The position numbers and the translations under genes are program-made. This document shows positions 28,663-38,200 of a stretch of 44,238 nucleotides of DNA, piece by piece (the first letter of the stretch is position 1; the number at the start of each line of letters is the position of its first letter). The DNA lies in contig BTUM01000066.1 in assembly GCA_045863235.1 (NCBI GenBank), positions 1-44,238 on the forward strand, written 5' to 3'. This DNA is from Candidatus Xenobia bacterium. Its GTDB lineage: Bacteria > Vulcanimicrobiota > Xenobia > Xenobiales > QWHO01. Under the pieces are notes generated by a model that saw only the letters and a program-made list of their open reading frames with translations, made no database searches and was not told the origin of the DNA.

Positions 28663-29928
28663 ATGAGCATTCCCAGGCTAGAGAAGCTGGTCAGCACCCG
28701 GCTGCCCATCGAGGAGGGGCAGTTTCGCCTCAGCCTCTACCGCAGCGGTCTGAACGGCTGCGACCACCTGATGCTGGTCCACGGAGAGGTGCGAGGACAG
28801 CAGGGAGTGCTCACGCGCATCCATTCCGAGTGCTTCACCGGCGATGTGTTGGGCTCGCTGCGTTGCGACTGCGGGGCCCAGCTGGAGGCTTCCCTCCAGC
28901 TCATCGCTCGGGCTGGCCGGGGGGTGCTGCTCTATCTGCGCCAGGAGGGTCGCGGCATCGGGCTGGCCGACAAGTTGCGCGCCTACAACCTGCAAGACCA
29001 GGGTTTCGACACCGTGGACGCCAACGCCGAGCTCGGTCATGAGCCGGACGCGCGCGACTACACCGACGCGGTCTTGATGCTGCGGGATCTGGGCGTCGAG
29101 TCGGTCGACCTGATCACCAACAACCCCACCAAGATCGAGGCCCTGGAAGGGATGGGCCTGCGCGTTCGCGCCCGGGTTCCCACCACGCTGGCGGTCAACC
29201 CGGAGAACCGGGCCTACCTCGATACCAAGGCCCAGCGCATGAACCACCTGCTGCAGCTGGCCCCCGAGTCGGCCGCTCCGCTGGAGGAGCTGGAAGGCTG
29301 GCTGAACGCCCACCCGATTCCCGCCGATCGACCCCACGTCACGGTGACCTACGCCCAGAGCCTGGACGGCAGCATCGCCGAGCAGCGCGCTCTTTCGGGC
29401 TACGAGTCCCAGCTGATGACCCACCGCCTGCGGGGCTGGCACGACGGCAGCCTGGTCGGTATCGGCACGGTGTTGTCGGACGATCCGCGGCCCACCGCGT
29501 CAACCCTGATCGTGGCCGACAGCCAGCTGCGCCTGCCCCTTCAGGCCCGCCTCTGGTCCAACCCCGGCGGCCTGATGGTGGCCGGCGCGGTGGGAGCCGA
29601 CCCCGAGAGACGCCGGGCCCTGCAAGAGCTGGGTGCCACGGTGCTGGAGCTGCCCAGGAACGGAGGCTACGGGGTGGATCTGGCCAGCTTGCTGCGCACT
29701 CTGCACCAGCGCGGCATCCGGCGATTGATGGTGGAGGGCGGCGCCCGGGTGCTCAACGCCTTCTTGCGCGAGCGCCTGGCCGACGCCGCCGTGGTGACCA
29801 TCGCCCCGCGCTGGGCGGGCGGCCCGGGCTGCGTCTCGCCGTCCGTGAACCGGCCGCTTCCGCAGCTGGTGGAGCCGGTCTGGCACAAGCTGGGACAGGA
29901 CATGGTGGTCTGGGCCTCGCTGGCCTGA
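28663..29928 (+). CDS. ribA: GTP cyclohydrolase II fused to a RibD C-terminal reductase domain
   Basis: RIHSECFTGDVLGSLRCDCG, QEGRGIGL and TNNP, followed by YAQSLDG, VGIGTVLSDDP and LMVEGG. Confidence 0.92.
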   Translation: MSIPRLEKLVSTRLPIEEGQFRLSLYRSGLNGCDHLMLVHGEVRGQQGVLTRIHSECFTGDVLGSLRCDCGAQLEASLQLIARAGRGVLLYLRQEGRGIGLADKLRAYNLQDQGFDTVDANAELGHEPDARDYTDAVLMLRDLGVESVDLITNNPTKIEALEGMGLRVRARVPTTLAVNPENRAYLDTKAQRMNHLLQLAPESAAPLEELEGWLNAHPIPADRPHVTVTYAQSLDGSIAEQRALSGYESQLMTHRLRGWHDGSLVGIGTVLSDDPRPTASTLIVADSQLRLPLQARLWSNPGGLMVAGAVGADPERRRALQELGATVLELPRNGGYGVDLASLLRTLHQRGIRRLMVEGGARVLNAFLRERLADAAVVTIAPRWAGGPGCVSPSVNRPLPQLVEPVWHKLGQDMVVWASLA

Positions 29929-29931
29929 GCT

Positions 29932-30372
29932 ATGTTGATTCTCTTGTTCTTGCTGCTGCTCGTCGTGCCGGTTGCGGCAGAGTCCCAGGTGATGCTGGCG
30001 GTGGACGGGGTGGTCTGCGGCTCGCAGTTTCTCGATCCTGAGGTCAATCATCCGGCCGGGGGAGAGTTCAACCGGTCCCCCCGGTCGAATGGGGGCGCTT
30101 CCTATGACGACCTGAAGACCGAGACGCATGTGGAAGTCAGTCCGGAGGAAAAGATCACGCGCGTCCGAGGAGCCGAGTTGTCCGTGGGCGGGAAGCTGCT
30201 GGTGCGCCGGGGAGAGACTCTGGCACTTTATGAGAAGCGTCTGGGCAAGCTGCTGCCGGGCCAGAAGAGCCCGTTTCAGACCCGGTTCGGCAGGGTCAAG
30301 GTGGACTTCAAGCTCGAGAAGGGGAAGGTCGTGGACATCGACCTGCGCTTCGTTCCAGGGCAGTCGCGCTGA
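29932..30372 (+). CDS. Secreted hypothetical protein
   Basis: Signal-peptide-like N-terminus. Confidence 0.65.
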   Translation: MLILLFLLLLVVPVAAESQVMLAVDGVVCGSQFLDPEVNHPAGGEFNRSPRSNGGASYDDLKTETHVEVSPEEKITRVRGAELSVGGKLLVRRGETLALYEKRLGKLLPGQKSPFQTRFGRVKVDFKLEKGKVVDIDLRFVPGQSR

Positions 30373-30494
30373 TTTTGTTGTGATTGCTCGCCCTGGTTGG
30401 GGCGCCTTATTCCGGACTCTTGAGCCAGTTGTCAGTCATCCCCGGTGACGATGACCGCGACGATGATGAAGGCGAAGACTGCCACTGAACATCC

Positions 30495-30950
30495 GTGGAG
30501 CACATCAACCGGTCCGAGCAAGACTTCTGGCGGTCCTGGTGCCGCCTTGCTCACGCTCCGGTGCGGAGGCCTCGAGCCGGGAGTCACCCCGTCATCCTCA
30601 AGCTGCACCCGAAAGATGGGGCCCGCACCGGTCCGAGGCCCCAGATACGGATTCGATCCGTGGACGGGGATGAGAGCCAGGCCCAGTTGAGGCTCAATCG
30701 TACCCTGGTGAAGCTCGATGGGATCGAGATACCCCTGGAGCAACTGGAGATCAGGGTACGCTATCGGCAGAAGCATAACAACGCCGAGGACGTCTGGATG
30801 CGCTGGCGTCCAACCGATCCGCTCCAACCGGGTCCGCACGTTCTCGAGGTGAGGCTACAGGATGGAGCGGGCAACGCCACCTCGCAGGTCAGTCGCTTCA
30901 CCTCGACAGGAACGTCGTGTCCCGGTGACGACCAGGACTGGAACTGGTAG
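30495..30950 (+). CDS. Hypothetical protein with an Ig-like C-terminal domain
   Basis: Contains PLQPGPHVLEVRLQDGAGN...SRFT. Confidence 0.55.
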   Translation: MEHINRSEQDFWRSWCRLAHAPVRRPRAGSHPVILKLHPKDGARTGPRPQIRIRSVDGDESQAQLRLNRTLVKLDGIEIPLEQLEIRVRYRQKHNNAEDVWMRWRPTDPLQPGPHVLEVRLQDGAGNATSQVSRFTSTGTSCPGDDQDWNW

Positions 30951-31025
30951 CTGCGTCGCCTGGTCTTACCGCTCATTTGGGGCTACACCCCTCGGTCGGG
31001 GTTTGCAGCCATAGTATGCAGTCTT

Positions 31026-31077
31026 GAGTTGACAGCTACTGCGTCCGCTCATGAGCAGACACCGAGCCTGTCAACTC
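31026..31077. repeat. Long intergenic inverted repeat
   Basis: GAGTTGACAG...CTGTCAACTC with an inner GCTCATGAGC palindrome. Confidence 0.7.
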
Positions 31078-31143
31078 TGGGGCACCTCCATCCACTTGGG
31101 TGCTGAATCCGGCTGACTGCGTCTCGTGCTGCTACAATCAACC

Positions 31144-34100
31144 ATGATGCACGAATTGCTCGGCAGCCCGCGATTGTCTCTGCGTTTGATGGCCCTGCGC
31201 GTCCTGAGCGAGAAGAAGGCGGTCGAGCAGCTGCTGCTCTCGCCAGTGGACCATCCCGCGCTGGCCTGGGCCCTGGCCCGCGCCGCCGAGCCCGAGGAGC
31301 TGCGCTGCTCCGGGCGCGAGATGGTGCGCCTGGCCCTCTTCCTGCGCAGCCGCGAGCTGCGCCGGGAGACGCGCGGGCCCGGCCTGGAACGCTGCCTGAA
31401 GGGCCTGCGTTCTGCGACGTTCTGCATCACCGCCTTCGCGTGGGCGGCCCGGACCATCGAGCTCCACAAAGAGCGCGCCATCTCTGGATTGATGGATGTC
31501 TTGCGGCGCCGTGAGCGCCGCCCCGAGCCGGCCGAAGCCGCCGCCTGGGCGCTTGGCAAGCTAGGGCGAGCCGTGGTCGGGGAACTGGAGGAGGCCTTCC
31601 GCCAGCCCTCGCGAGGAACGCGCTTCTGGCTCTTTCAGGTCGTCTGGTACCTCGGGCCCCAGGCACGAGCGCTGAGTCGTCAGGTGGCCCATTACCTGCC
31701 CGATCCGGTGGCTGAGGCGGCCCTCCTGGCCATGCAGGAGGCGGGATCGCTGGCCGCGGTCGAGGCGCTGGCACGGGTGCAGACACCTGTCTGGCTCGAT
31801 TCCGGCTCGTTGGCAGCGCTGGCCGAGCTGCTCTATGGCTTCGACACGCCCCTGCGGGTGCGTGCCGCTCACGCCCTGTCGGGCTTCGGGCCGGCCCGGT
31901 CTGAGGCGGTCGCGCTGCTGGCCTCCCTGGTCACCGATCCCGAGCCCGCCGTGCGCGAGGCGGTGGCCGTCTCGCTGGTCGAGCAGCGCGCCCCCGCCCG
32001 TTTGCTCCTGCCCCAGGTGCTCGACCAGGTGCCCGAGGTCGCCTCCTTTGCCCGCCACTATTGCGAGGTCCAGGGAGACCCCGAGACTCTGATTCTGGAG
32101 GAGCTCTTGCACGGTACGCCCGAGCGCCAGCGCTGCGCGGTCAGCCTGCTGAGCCCTTCCGTGCTGCGGCGCCTGCCGCTGGAGAGCTGGCTTTCCGCCC
32201 TGAAGAGCCCCGAGCCTGCGGTCCGTCTGGCCCTCGCCGGCAGGCTGGCCCAGGAACCCGGGGCGTGGCCGGCCCTGCGCCCGCTGTTGAGCGACCCCGA
32301 TCCTGAGGTCCGCCGACGGGCCGCGAACGCCCTGTCCGAGGACCCGGACCCGGAGACCCTGGCCCTCCTGCGCGGTCTGCTCGACGACCCCGACCCCGTG
32401 GTCTTCATGGCTCCGGTGCGCGCCCTGAGCCACCGGGGCACCCCCGAGGATATCGCCCGCATCTTTTCCGATCCCCACCCCGTGGTGCTGAGCTGGGTGG
32501 CCGATGTGCTGCGCCAGCTGAAGACCATGCCGGCCGCCCTGCTCGCTGGCGTTCGCAGCGGTCTGGTGCAGCATCCGAGCATTCTGGAAGTGGCCGCCGA
32601 GCTGACCGATGACCTGCCCGAGGAGGCCCTGGTCCGGCTGATCTGGTTCGGTCGTGGTCGGGAGGGAGCCCTGCGGGCCTGGTCAAAAAAGGCCAGCCAG
32701 GACAAGTTGCTCAAGCTGCTGACCCACGAGGACGAGGAGGTGCGCTTTCAGGTCGCCAGCTGGCTCGAATCCATTCTGAACCGCCGGCCCGACTATGCTG
32801 ATGGCCTGCTCTGGCTCGGGGAGTCCAGCCCCCGCGTGCGCCAGGCGCTGGAGAGCTGCCTGAGGCACATGGCCGGCGACGAGAAGCTGCCCGAGTGGCT
32901 CGCCTGCGCCGGGCCGATCGGAGTCGGCGCCGCCATGCGCGCTCTGGCTCGGCACTGGGACGAGGTCGGGCCCACCCCGGCGGCGCTTCTGGCGGTGGCC
33001 GCGGCGGTCGATCGGCTGGGTTCGGAGGTGCAGGAGGCGCTCGAGCATTTACTGGCCCATCTGCCCCCCTGGCCACTGCCTATCGAGCCGAATTCAGCAG
33101 TGAGCCACCTCCCGGCTCACCTCTGGCCGGCCGTGCGCCACTGGCTCACCCATTCCGAAGCCAGCCTGCGCCGCGAGGGCCTGCGGCTCGCCCGCCTGCT
33201 GTGGACGAACGGCCCCGGGGAGGAGATGCTTCTCGCCGTTGTCCCCGCCCTGGAGGACGCCGAGGCCGAGGTGCGCGAGGCCGCCGCGCGCTGCCTGGCG
33301 GGAGCGCCGGCTCGGGCCGCTGCGGCTCTGCGCGAGCGCCTGGATGACCCCGCTCCGCAGGTGCGTCTACGCGTGCTCGGGTCGCTGGCGGCCCTGGGCG
33401 ATTTCCCCTCGATCGAAGCATTCTGGCTCGATCCCGACCCGAACGTGCGCTCGACGGTGACCGGGCTGCTGCTGCACTACGGCCACCTGCCCGCCAACCT
33501 GGTGGATAGCCTGCGGGCCGGGCGGGAGGTGACCCGGGAGTCCTTGCTGCTGGCCCACAGCCTCTTGTCCACCGTCGAGGAGAGGGAGCTTCTGGCCAGC
33601 GCGTTCATACATTCCTCGAGCGAGTCGCGCGAGGTGCTGGTGGAGACGGTGGCCGGCTATGGGGTGATCGGCCTGGAGGCGCTGGACCTGGTCCAGGAGG
33701 ACGCAGCCCTCAGCCTGGAGGTCCGGCGGGCCGCCGAGGCAAGCCTGGCTCGGTTGGCTCGGCGCACCCCGGGTGGCCTGAGGTGGCTGCTGGCCGAGCG
33801 CCGGCAGCGATCACCCGCGCTCGACGATGCTGCCATCTGGTTGCTGGAGGCGGCGGGAACCTCTCGTCTCCAGGAGCTGGCCGGCGAGCTCGAGGGTTTG
33901 ACCGAGAACCGCAATGAGGAGCTGGCCGCGGCAGCCGCCCGGGCTTTGAGGCGACTGGGCCGTCTCGAGGCAGGCCTGGACAGCCCCCTCGCTCTCGTGC
34001 CGCGCTCCGCTCTGCGGGCCCTGACCGAGCTGTCTCTGGACCAGATCGAGCTGGGCCTGCGCCGCAAGCTGGCCGAGCTGGCCGATGGCGATCCGGACGA

Positions 34101-34641
34101 GGAGGTGCGTGAGCTGGCCCGCGAGGGGCTGCTTCAGATCGACCACAAGATCCTCGAGCATGCCCTCAATAGCGGGGACGATCTGGCCGCCTTGCGTCCG
34201 CTCATCCCCCCCGAGCACGTGGAGTCCCTGTGGAAGCAGACTCCACTGCGCCGCCTGCTCCCCGACCTGATCCAGGACGTTACGACTCAGGTCGAGTTGA
34301 TGGCCCGCGGCCTGCAAGACCCCGACCGCGAGGTACGCCTGGCCTTCGCCCGTCGCCTTTCGCGGGCGGGCAGCTTCTTGCCCGAGGTCATCCCGGTCTT
34401 GCTCGAGCAGAGTGACCATGACCTCAGTGGGCTGCTGACGACGCTGGGCGAAGCAGCATTGCCTCCCCTGCGAGATGCCCTGGAGCATTCCGACCCGGTC
34501 ATCCGCGAGCGTGCCTGCCGGGCAGTTGGCCTGGCCCGCGACCAGGCTGCGCGGCCCAGGCTGGAGGAACTGGCCAGGACTGACCCGGTCGGCGGCGTGC
34601 GCCTCGCTGCCAGCGACGCGCTGGAGAGAATTCGGCCGTAG
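31144..34641 (+). CDS. HEAT-repeat protein
   Basis: Many LxDPDPxVRxxAAxAL repeats; extended -10 TG-c-TACAAT lies just upstream (start at 31144 or 31147). Confidence 0.9.
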   Translation: MMHELLGSPRLSLRLMALRVLSEKKAVEQLLLSPVDHPALAWALARAAEPEELRCSGREMVRLALFLRSRELRRETRGPGLERCLKGLRSATFCITAFAWAARTIELHKERAISGLMDVLRRRERRPEPAEAAAWALGKLGRAVVGELEEAFRQPSRGTRFWLFQVVWYLGPQARALSRQVAHYLPDPVAEAALLAMQEAGSLAAVEALARVQTPVWLDSGSLAALAELLYGFDTPLRVRAAHALSGFGPARSEAVALLASLVTDPEPAVREAVAVSLVEQRAPARLLLPQVLDQVPEVASFARHYCEVQGDPETLILEELLHGTPERQRCAVSLLSPSVLRRLPLESWLSALKSPEPAVRLALAGRLAQEPGAWPALRPLLSDPDPEVRRRAANALSEDPDPETLALLRGLLDDPDPVVFMAPVRALSHRGTPEDIARIFSDPHPVVLSWVADVLRQLKTMPAALLAGVRSGLVQHPSILEVAAELTDDLPEEALVRLIWFGRGREGALRAWSKKASQDKLLKLLTHEDEEVRFQVASWLESILNRRPDYADGLLWLGESSPRVRQALESCLRHMAGDEKLPEWLACAGPIGVGAAMRALARHWDEVGPTPAALLAVAAAVDRLGSEVQEALEHLLAHLPPWPLPIEPNSAVSHLPAHLWPAVRHWLTHSEASLRREGLRLARLLWTNGPGEEMLLAVVPALEDAEAEVREAAARCLAGAPARAAAALRERLDDPAPQVRLRVLGSLAALGDFPSIEAFWLDPDPNVRSTVTGLLLHYGHLPANLVDSLRAGREVTRESLLLAHSLLSTVEERELLASAFIHSSSESREVLVETVAGYGVIGLEALDLVQEDAALSLEVRRAAEASLARLARRTPGGLRWLLAERRQRSPALDDAAIWLLEAAGTSRLQELAGELEGLTENRNEELAAAAARALRRLGRLEAGLDSPLALVPRSALRALTELSLDQIELGLRRKLAELADGDPDEEVRELAREGLLQIDHKILEHALNSGDDLAALRPLIPPEHVESLWKQTPLRRLLPDLIQDVTTQVELMARGLQDPDREVRLAFARRLSRAGSFLPEVIPVLLEQSDHDLSGLLTTLGEAALPPLRDALEHSDPVIRERACRAVGLARDQAARPRLEELARTDPVGGVRLAASDALERIRP

Positions 34642-34642
34642 G

Positions 34643-34680
34643 GTCAGCTTTCTTTCAGCCCCTCCCCCTAGCATGGTCTC
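34643..34680 (+). promoter_or_regulatory. Shared heptamer-repeat promoter, site 3
   Basis: GTCAGCT-ttct-TTCAGCC-cctccccc-TAGCAT-ggtctc-ATG; 19 nt are identical to site 1. Confidence 0.75.
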
Positions 34681-35265
34681 ATGCAGATCCTGCCCGCCCT
34701 GAGGCTTGCCCGCCCGACCGTTGCCACGACGCTCTCCGAGCACAGCCACGAGCTCGAGAGGCGGGAAGGGGACCTGCGCGAGCGCGAGAGCGAGCTGGAC
34801 TCGCAGGCTCGGGCTCATCGCGACCAGATGAAGGCTCTGCAGGCCAGCGGACGCAAGCTGCACAAAGGGAAGAACAAGGCGCTGCCTTTCCTCATCGGGA
34901 GCTTTGCCACGTTCGTCGGAGGCATGCTCGGGGGAATGATCACCCAGCAACCGGCGCTGATGTACGTCGGCATGGCGGGCCTGCTGGGGACGGTGGTCTC
35001 GGCTGCCTTCGTGCAGGCTTCTCAGGACCACATCGACGAGATGGGCGAGAAGTTCGCCCAGCACCAGGAGACCACTCAGGCTCTGGATGGCCAGAAGTCG
35101 GAAGTCGAGCGCCAGCTCCAGAGCACCCGCGAGAGCCTGGAGGGGAGCCGCCAGCTGGCCGCCATCGCCGAGCCTCCCGCGCCGGCCGGGCTGGCCGAAG
35201 GCAAGTCGGGCGTTACGGTGGCCGGCGTGGTGGTGCGTCGGCGCGACCCGTCAGCGGGTGCTTGA
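34681..35265 (+). CDS. Coiled-coil / two-TM hairpin protein with the shared C-terminal motif
   Basis: Coiled coil, bilobed hydrophobic hairpin, coiled coil; ends GLAEGKSGVTVAGVVVRRRDPSAGA. Confidence 0.8.
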   Translation: MQILPALRLARPTVATTLSEHSHELERREGDLRERESELDSQARAHRDQMKALQASGRKLHKGKNKALPFLIGSFATFVGGMLGGMITQQPALMYVGMAGLLGTVVSAAFVQASQDHIDEMGEKFAQHQETTQALDGQKSEVERQLQSTRESLEGSRQLAAIAEPPAPAGLAEGKSGVTVAGVVVRRRDPSAGA

Positions 35266-38200
35266 GCGCATTGTAAAGCTGGCCGGGTCGAGCTGCATGC
35301 CGGTGGCCTGCTCCACCTCAGCCTGAATGGCCCGGGCCGGGACCTTCGGATCAAACAAGAGCTCCCACAGGTGGAGTCGGTCTGAGCCTGCCGTGGCCAG
35401 CGTCTTGCCGTCCGGGCTGAGGTCCGCGAAGGCGTTGGCTCCGGCGGCGATCCAGGGGGTGAGGGGAATGCCGGTCTGGCCGTCCCACACCCGCACGAGG
35501 CCCGAGGAGTGGGCGCAGGTGACCAGCCGTCCCCCCCGCCAGGCAGCGGTGACCAGTCCCGAGGGGTGGGCCAGGGCGGGGAAGGCATCCTTGCCGGAGG
35601 GCAGCTCGAGCACGTGCACCAGCCCATCCTCGCAGCTGACGGCCAGCTGCCCGTCGGGGCTGAAGACGGGAAAATTGCCCGGTCCAGGGCCCAGTTTCCT
35701 CATCAGCACCGCCTGGCCGTCCCGGTCCCACACGCCCAGCTCGCCGTTCTCGGAAGTGCAGGCCAGCCACTTGCCGTCCGGCGAAAAACAGGGCCACAGG
35801 GCGTGGCTGGGCAGCTCCAGGATCTTCAAGAGCTGCAGGCCGTCCCCGCTCCAGACCAGCAGCTGACCCCCGGAGCGGGGGTTGGTGCGCATGGAGAGCG
35901 CCAGCCTGTCGCCCTGCGGGCTGAAGGCTCCCCACAGCGCCTCCTGGGTGCGGCTCAACTCTTTGGTTCGATGCCCTCGGTGGAGCACCGCCCCTCCCTC
36001 CAGCACCACGAAGCTGTCCGGACCGAGTATGATCGGACCGCGGGGTGATTCAAAGAGCGTCTTGCCGGCTTTCAGGCCGTAGAGCAGGCCCCAGCGCTCG
36101 GCGTTGACCGCCACCTGCTCGCCGCTTGCCTGCAGCAGGTCGAAGTCGGCCCCTTGCACTCGGGCCAGGGGACGGAGCTGCTCGCCATCAAGCTCGAGGA
36201 GGGTGCTCCGCGAGGCGGCCAGCAGGCGAGCCTCGGGGGTGAAGGTCAACCCCCGGGCCAGGTGATCCAGCTCAAGCTCCAACCGGGGAGCAAAGCGCCG
36301 CACCTCGCGCAGCTCGACTCCCGAAAGGGTGGTGAAGGCCGTCCAGCGCCCGTCGGCGCTGACGGCCAGGTCGCGCAGGCGGTCGCCGAGCTGCACTCGC
36401 GCTTCCACCATGCCGCCCGGCAGGCCGACTCGAAGCACCGTGCCGGACTCGCTACCGGCCCAGAGCGAGGCGCCGGCGAAGACCAGCCGGCTGACTTCCG
36501 ATCCGGCCTGCACCGAGGCCAGCTCGTTCCCATCCTTGCATTCATAGACCTTGAGCTGTCCGGCCTCGGCATTGATGGCCAGGTAGCGCCCATCGGGACT
36601 GAAGGTGGGGTGGCTGACCCCCAGCGAGCCCCAGGGCGGAGGGAGGGCCCGCCCGGAGGGGAGCTCGATGAAGCTCTGGCCGAGCACGGCCCGGTCGGCC
36701 CGGGGCGACACGGCCACCCAGCTGGTGTACTCGTGCTCCACGCGCCCTTGCTCGCGCCCCTCGAGGTCGAGCAGGCGCAAGCCCTGGCTGGTGATCAGGG
36801 CCACCTGGTCGCCCGCGAAGCAGGCATCGTCGCAGGGGGGAAGCTGGCGCTGCCGCCGCAGTCGGCCCTCGGGCAGCTGCCAGAAGGCCAGCCGCCCGCC
36901 TCGCTCCAGGGTCAGCAGCTCGCCCTGGCGGAAGCTCCAGGCGGCCACCTGGTCGGTGATGGGCAGCTTGACCGGCGCACCGTCCGGCAGGGCGCGCAGC
37001 TCGACTCCGTCGTCCAGGGTGAGCAGCAGCTTGCCGTCCGGGCTGAAGGCCGCCCTCTGGATCCACATCTGCAGCACGGCCAGCTCTTTGCCGCTGGAGC
37101 GCTCGAGCAGTCGGGTGCGGGAGCCCTCGTTCACCAGCAGCCGCTCCCCGTCCGGGGTGAAGAGGGCCAGACCCGGCTTGTCGGCGCTCTTTTGTCGCCA
37201 CAAGAGCCGGTCCAGCGGGTGGGTGGCCAGCAGCAGCCGCAGGCGCTGATCCGCAGGTCGCCTCACCAGGGCCTCGGCCCACCAGAGGCAGGCCTGGGAG
37301 GGGTCGCCCTGCTGCTCGGCGGTCAACCCCCGGTCGGTCATCAGCTGCACCACCAGGTCTTCCGAGCGCTGCTCGGAGACCCTGAGGGCGGCATTGCTGC
37401 GCACGATGCGCTGGTAAGACGCGCCCGCCAGACCGGTCAGAGCCAGCAAGAAGACCAGGGCTAGCGCCACGGCGGGCTTTCGCACCAGGCGCGAGAGCCG
37501 ATAGGTCAGCGACCAGGGACGGCGGCACAGGAGCGGATCGCCTCGCCGGCGCTGCTCCAGGTCTTGCAGCACCTGGGCGGCGGTGGGCGTGCGGTCTTTC
37601 GGGTCCAGGGCCAGACACGACTCGATGATGGCGGCCAGGTCGCGGTCCACGGCCGGGTTGAGGCGGCGCAGGGGAAGGAGCGGATTCTGCTCGAGGTGCT
37701 GGCGATAGGCCTGCAGCGCGGCCGCGCTGTGCAGGGTGCTCAGAGCGGTGCGCTGCTCTTCGGACAGGCGCGGACAGCGCCCGGTCAGGAGGTAGTAGAG
37801 CGTGGCTCCCAGCGCGTAGACGTCCCAGCGCGCGCCGGGGGTGGAGCCGGCCTGCTCGGAGCCGAGCAGCGCCTGCTCGGGGGCCATGAAGCCCAGCGTG
37901 CCCAGGGCTCCCCGCGCCTCGCCGCGGGCATAGGCCTGGCCGAAGTCGACCAGGCGGATGCGCCCCTGCTCGTCGAGCAGCAGGTTGGAGGGCTTGAGGT
38001 CACAGTGCAGCAGGCCCTTCTCGTGGGTGAACTGCAGGCCCTCGGCGATCTGCTCGAGCCAGGCCTCCGCCTGGCTCACCGAGGGTTGCCCGACTGCGGC
38101 CAGCGAGCCGCGCGTCAGCCAGGGCATCACGAAGAAAGGTGGATCGTGACCCAGGTCGGCATCGAGCAGGGTGATGACGTGGGGATGCTCGGACACCTCG

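Noticed and set aside
31026..31077. IS200/IS605 or IscB element end
   Set aside because: No tnpA, tnpB or iscB gene is nearby, and only the short GTTGAC/GTCAAC core is similar.
31101..31117. Fourth copy of the TTCAGCC promoter box (GTCAGCC-gga-TTCAGCA, minus strand)
   Set aside because: The spacer is 3 nt rather than 4, there is no TANNNT 8 nt downstream, and no credible gene follows on that strand.
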